From contig OY970178.1 of assembly GCA_963707915.1 (NCBI GenBank), positions 2,624,001-2,688,000 of the forward strand: 64,000 nucleotides of DNA, given 5' to 3'. Made by a program: the position numbers and the translations under genes. The notes under the pieces were generated by a model. The model was not told where the DNA came from and did no database searches. It saw only the letters and a list, made by a program, of their open reading frames with translations. Positions 61,609-64,000 of this stretch are shown here, in pieces (within the stretch, counting starts at the first letter, position 1; each line of letters opens with the position of its first letter). The stretch comes from Candidatus Eiseniibacteriota bacterium. GTDB lineage: Bacteria > Eisenbacteria > RBG-16-71-46.

Positions 61609-63084
61609 GTGCCGGTGAGATCCGGCCGCTGTTCGTCCCTGGATCCCGGGGCTGTCCTGCGCTCAGGCCCGGGAGCGCCGCCCGACTTCGAGCGCCCGTC
61701 CAAGCCGGTATCGCGATGGCCTCTGCGTCTCGTTTCAGCTACTGTTATATGTTGTAATATATTCAGTTATGGCATTTCGTCAGGACACGACTCGGCCCCG
61801 GCGCGCACCTCCGCCCCGGTCGTGGCGTCCGGGTGCGCGCCGGGTGGCTCGTTCGGCGGCGAGCTCACTTCCCCGTCGCCGCCGCTCGCCTCGCTGTCGT
61901 GGCCCGAGGGGACGCAGGTGCTCCCCTTCGAGGACCTCGAGGGGGCGATCCTCGTGCGTGCGAAGCTCGCCCCGGGTTCCGGGCGCGACACGAGCGGGGT
62001 CTTCGTGTTCGACACCGGCGCCGGATTCCTCGCCCTGGACCTGCCCCTCGCCCGCCTGATCGGCATCGCCGACGACGGCGCGAACCCGGCGGCGGTGGAC
62101 ATCGCTGCCCGCCCCCTCGCGCGCCTCGAGCTGGGTGGGCTCCAGATGGACCAGGTCTCGCCCGTCCTCACCGTGGACGCAGGGGTGATCCGGCGGGTCA
62201 CCGGCCGTCCCGTTCTGGGTCTGCTCGGGCAGTCGCTGTTCCGCGACCGGGTGGTGGTGCTGGACTACCTCGAGGAGGCCATGGCGGTCCTCCCTCCCGA
62301 GCACGACCCGGCCACCTCGACCCCTGCCTCGAGGCTGGCCCTGTCCACCGACGCCCGGGCGGTCCCCTTCCGCCTGGTCGGTGACGGGAAGGTGCTGGTC
62401 TCCGCCTGGATCACCGTCCGGGTCGGATCACCGGCCGAGCGGGTCACGCTGATCGTGGACACCGGCGCGACCAAGAGCGTCCTGTTCCGCTCGGCGCTCG
62501 ACCGGCGGCTCCCCGGTTGGAAGGACTGGCCGGCGCTCCGGGGACTCGGGGCCCCGACCCTCATCGGGGAGGCGAGCGCCGAGCTGGTCCGGGTCCCCGG
62601 GACCGAGCTCCGGGGGGATGGCGGGAGCGTCGGTCGCCCCGGGATGGACGCCGCCGTGCTCGACGGCGGACTGGCCAGGGTGCTCGAGGAAGACGTCGGG
62701 GAGCCGGTGGCCGGCCTGCTCGGGTACTCGTTCCTCAAGCACTACCGGATCGTCGTGGACTTCCCCCGCGGCGTGCTCTGGCTCGACTCCTCCCGGGGCG
62801 ATGTGGTGGACCGTCAGGACGAGTACTCCCACCCCGGTCTCCAGCTCGAGAGCGTGGGCGAAGCGATCCGGATCGTCGCCGTCGCGGACGGCTCGCCAGC
62901 CTCGCGTGCCGGCCTCCGCGCGAGCGACGAGCTGGTGGCGATCGACGGCGAATCGGTCTCCGGTCTCGACGTCGTCACCGTCGCGCGGAAGCTCGAAGGC
63001 ACGCCCGGAACCGGGCTCTCGCTGAGCGTGAAACGAGGCTCGCGCGAGTGGATCTGCCGGCTCGTGCGCAAGCGGCTGCTCTAG
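61609..63084 (+). CDS. Two-lobed aspartyl protease with C-terminal PDZ domain (start uncertain)
   Basis: FVFDTGA and LIVDTGA, GLLG x2, GSPA.RAGL..D.L.AIDG. Confidence 0.82.
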   Translation: MPVRSGRCSSLDPGAVLRSGPGAPPDFERPSKPVSRWPLRLVSATVICCNIFSYGISSGHDSAPARTSAPVVASGCAPGGSFGGELTSPSPPLASLSWPEGTQVLPFEDLEGAILVRAKLAPGSGRDTSGVFVFDTGAGFLALDLPLARLIGIADDGANPAAVDIAARPLARLELGGLQMDQVSPVLTVDAGVIRRVTGRPVLGLLGQSLFRDRVVVLDYLEEAMAVLPPEHDPATSTPASRLALSTDARAVPFRLVGDGKVLVSAWITVRVGSPAERVTLIVDTGATKSVLFRSALDRRLPGWKDWPALRGLGAPTLIGEASAELVRVPGTELRGDGGSVGRPGMDAAVLDGGLARVLEEDVGEPVAGLLGYSFLKHYRIVVDFPRGVLWLDSSRGDVVDRQDEYSHPGLQLESVGEAIRIVAVADGSPASRAGLRASDELVAIDGESVSGLDVVTVARKLEGTPGTGLSLSVKRGSREWICRLVRKRLL

Positions 63085-63377
63085 CCCGGAATCGCTTCGA
63101 AACGCGCCCGAAATCATGTCACGATATTTCGTGAATACGCCGCTATTGCGCCGCGAAGAAACCGTGCAATTGGCTGTCGTCCAACGCGATCTCACGTTCA
63201 CATGGAATCACGGCATATCGTGATTATCGCGGGCGACGGGACAACGACCGGCTCCGACTTGCCAGCGCCGAGGAAGCCCGAAATGGCCGGGTCCGGAGCG
63301 TCCCGTGGAGGGCTCTCCGGACCCGTGACAAGCGTCGTACTCGAACGTCCGCGATCGCGCCGCGGCGCGCGCCGCGA

Positions 63378-63836
63378 TCAACTCGCGGCAGCGAGATCCT
63401 CGTCCAGGGTATGCAGCGCGCGGAGTCTTCCACGCACCTTTTCGACCCTCGCCCCGCTCACCGTTTCCACCGAGTACGGCTCGTCCCAGATCAGGTTCCC
63501 CCGCAGCCAGACCCTCAGCTCCGGGTAGGCCTGGAGGAGGGCGAGGCCGGTCCGTCCCTTGAGCTGGCGGACCGCGCTCGCGACACTCTGGGTGGGGCTC
63601 AGCCCGAGCATCAGGTGGACGTGCTGAGGCGCCGCCGCGAACTCCACCAGGGCGAAGTCGAGGTCGTCGCAGGACCGCTGGATCAGGTCGCGCAGGGTCC
63701 GGGCGTGGCGCTCCCTCAGCACCGGCCGGCGGCTCCGCGTACTCCAGGTGATCACGTAGTGGAGCTGGCTCCGGTAGACCGGCTCCCAGCGTCCGCGCAA
63801 CGCTTCATCGACCTCGGGGGCGAACTGGCTGTCCAT
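63378..63836 (-). CDS. IS200/IS605 TnpA-like (Y1 HUH) protein, apparently lacking the catalytic Tyr
   Basis: HY.ITW.T..RR, HVHL, KG, YPEL, W..Y.VETV; the C-terminal helix has no Y...Q; AGGAGG RBS. Confidence 0.8.
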   Translation of the reverse strand: MDSQFAPEVDEALRGRWEPVYRSQLHYVITWSTRSRRPVLRERHARTLRDLIQRSCDDLDFALVEFAAAPQHVHLMLGLSPTQSVASAVRQLKGRTGLALLQAYPELRVWLRGNLIWDEPYSVETVSGARVEKVRGRLRALHTLDEDLAAAS

Positions 63837-64000
63837 GTTCCTGCCTCCTGTCTACTGAACATGCGTGCAGTATGCCGTCACAGTTATTGATGCCCTTCGA
63901 TGCTTGGGGGTTCACCCGATCGCGCGCGCCAGCGGTTCCCGGACGACGGGAGCCGGGGCCGGCCGCGGCCTCCTAGCCGCCCACCGTCCGCAGCACGCCG

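Noticed and set aside
63085..64000. Active IS200/IS605 element
   Set aside because: No tnpB downstream, no catalytic Tyr, and element ends could not be defined

Overview
High-GC bacterial chromosome segment. A Gram-negative-type envelope is implied by a beta-barrel candidate, a lipoprotein and a T9SS/FlgD-like C-terminal domain. Ca. Eisenbacteria or a related FCB-side candidate phylum is my guess, not a verified assignment. In order, the window holds: a UPF0182 membrane gene, a heme-c chemoreceptor, a LiaF-like/LytS-LytTR module, and an arginine operon (argR-C-B-D-G-H/NAT-J) with tandem ARG boxes. Next come a five-gene redox locus behind a sigma54-type promoter, a large secreted BNR protein, queE/C/D, and two paralogous secreted proteins that share a C-terminal TWGxIKxLYR tail. 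These are followed by a HEAT/HD-GYP pair and the origin-type cluster rpmH-rnpA-yidD-yidC-jag-mnmE-mnmG-rsmG-parA-parB with two parS sites. A bactofilin, an aspartyl-PDZ protease and an IS200-like TnpA lacking its catalytic Tyr close the window. The best candidate for an undescribed system is 23.3-31.2 kb: a His-rich membrane protein, a permuted ferredoxin-flavoprotein, 20-heme and ~24-heme cytochromes, and a beta-barrel, together a possible NAD(P)H-to-surface electron conduit. The runners-up are the TWG tail (a possible sorting signal) and the apparently domesticated TnpA. Four genes or segments carry single +1 frameshifts that look like sequencing errors. All family calls come from motif recognition by eye; no database searches were run.
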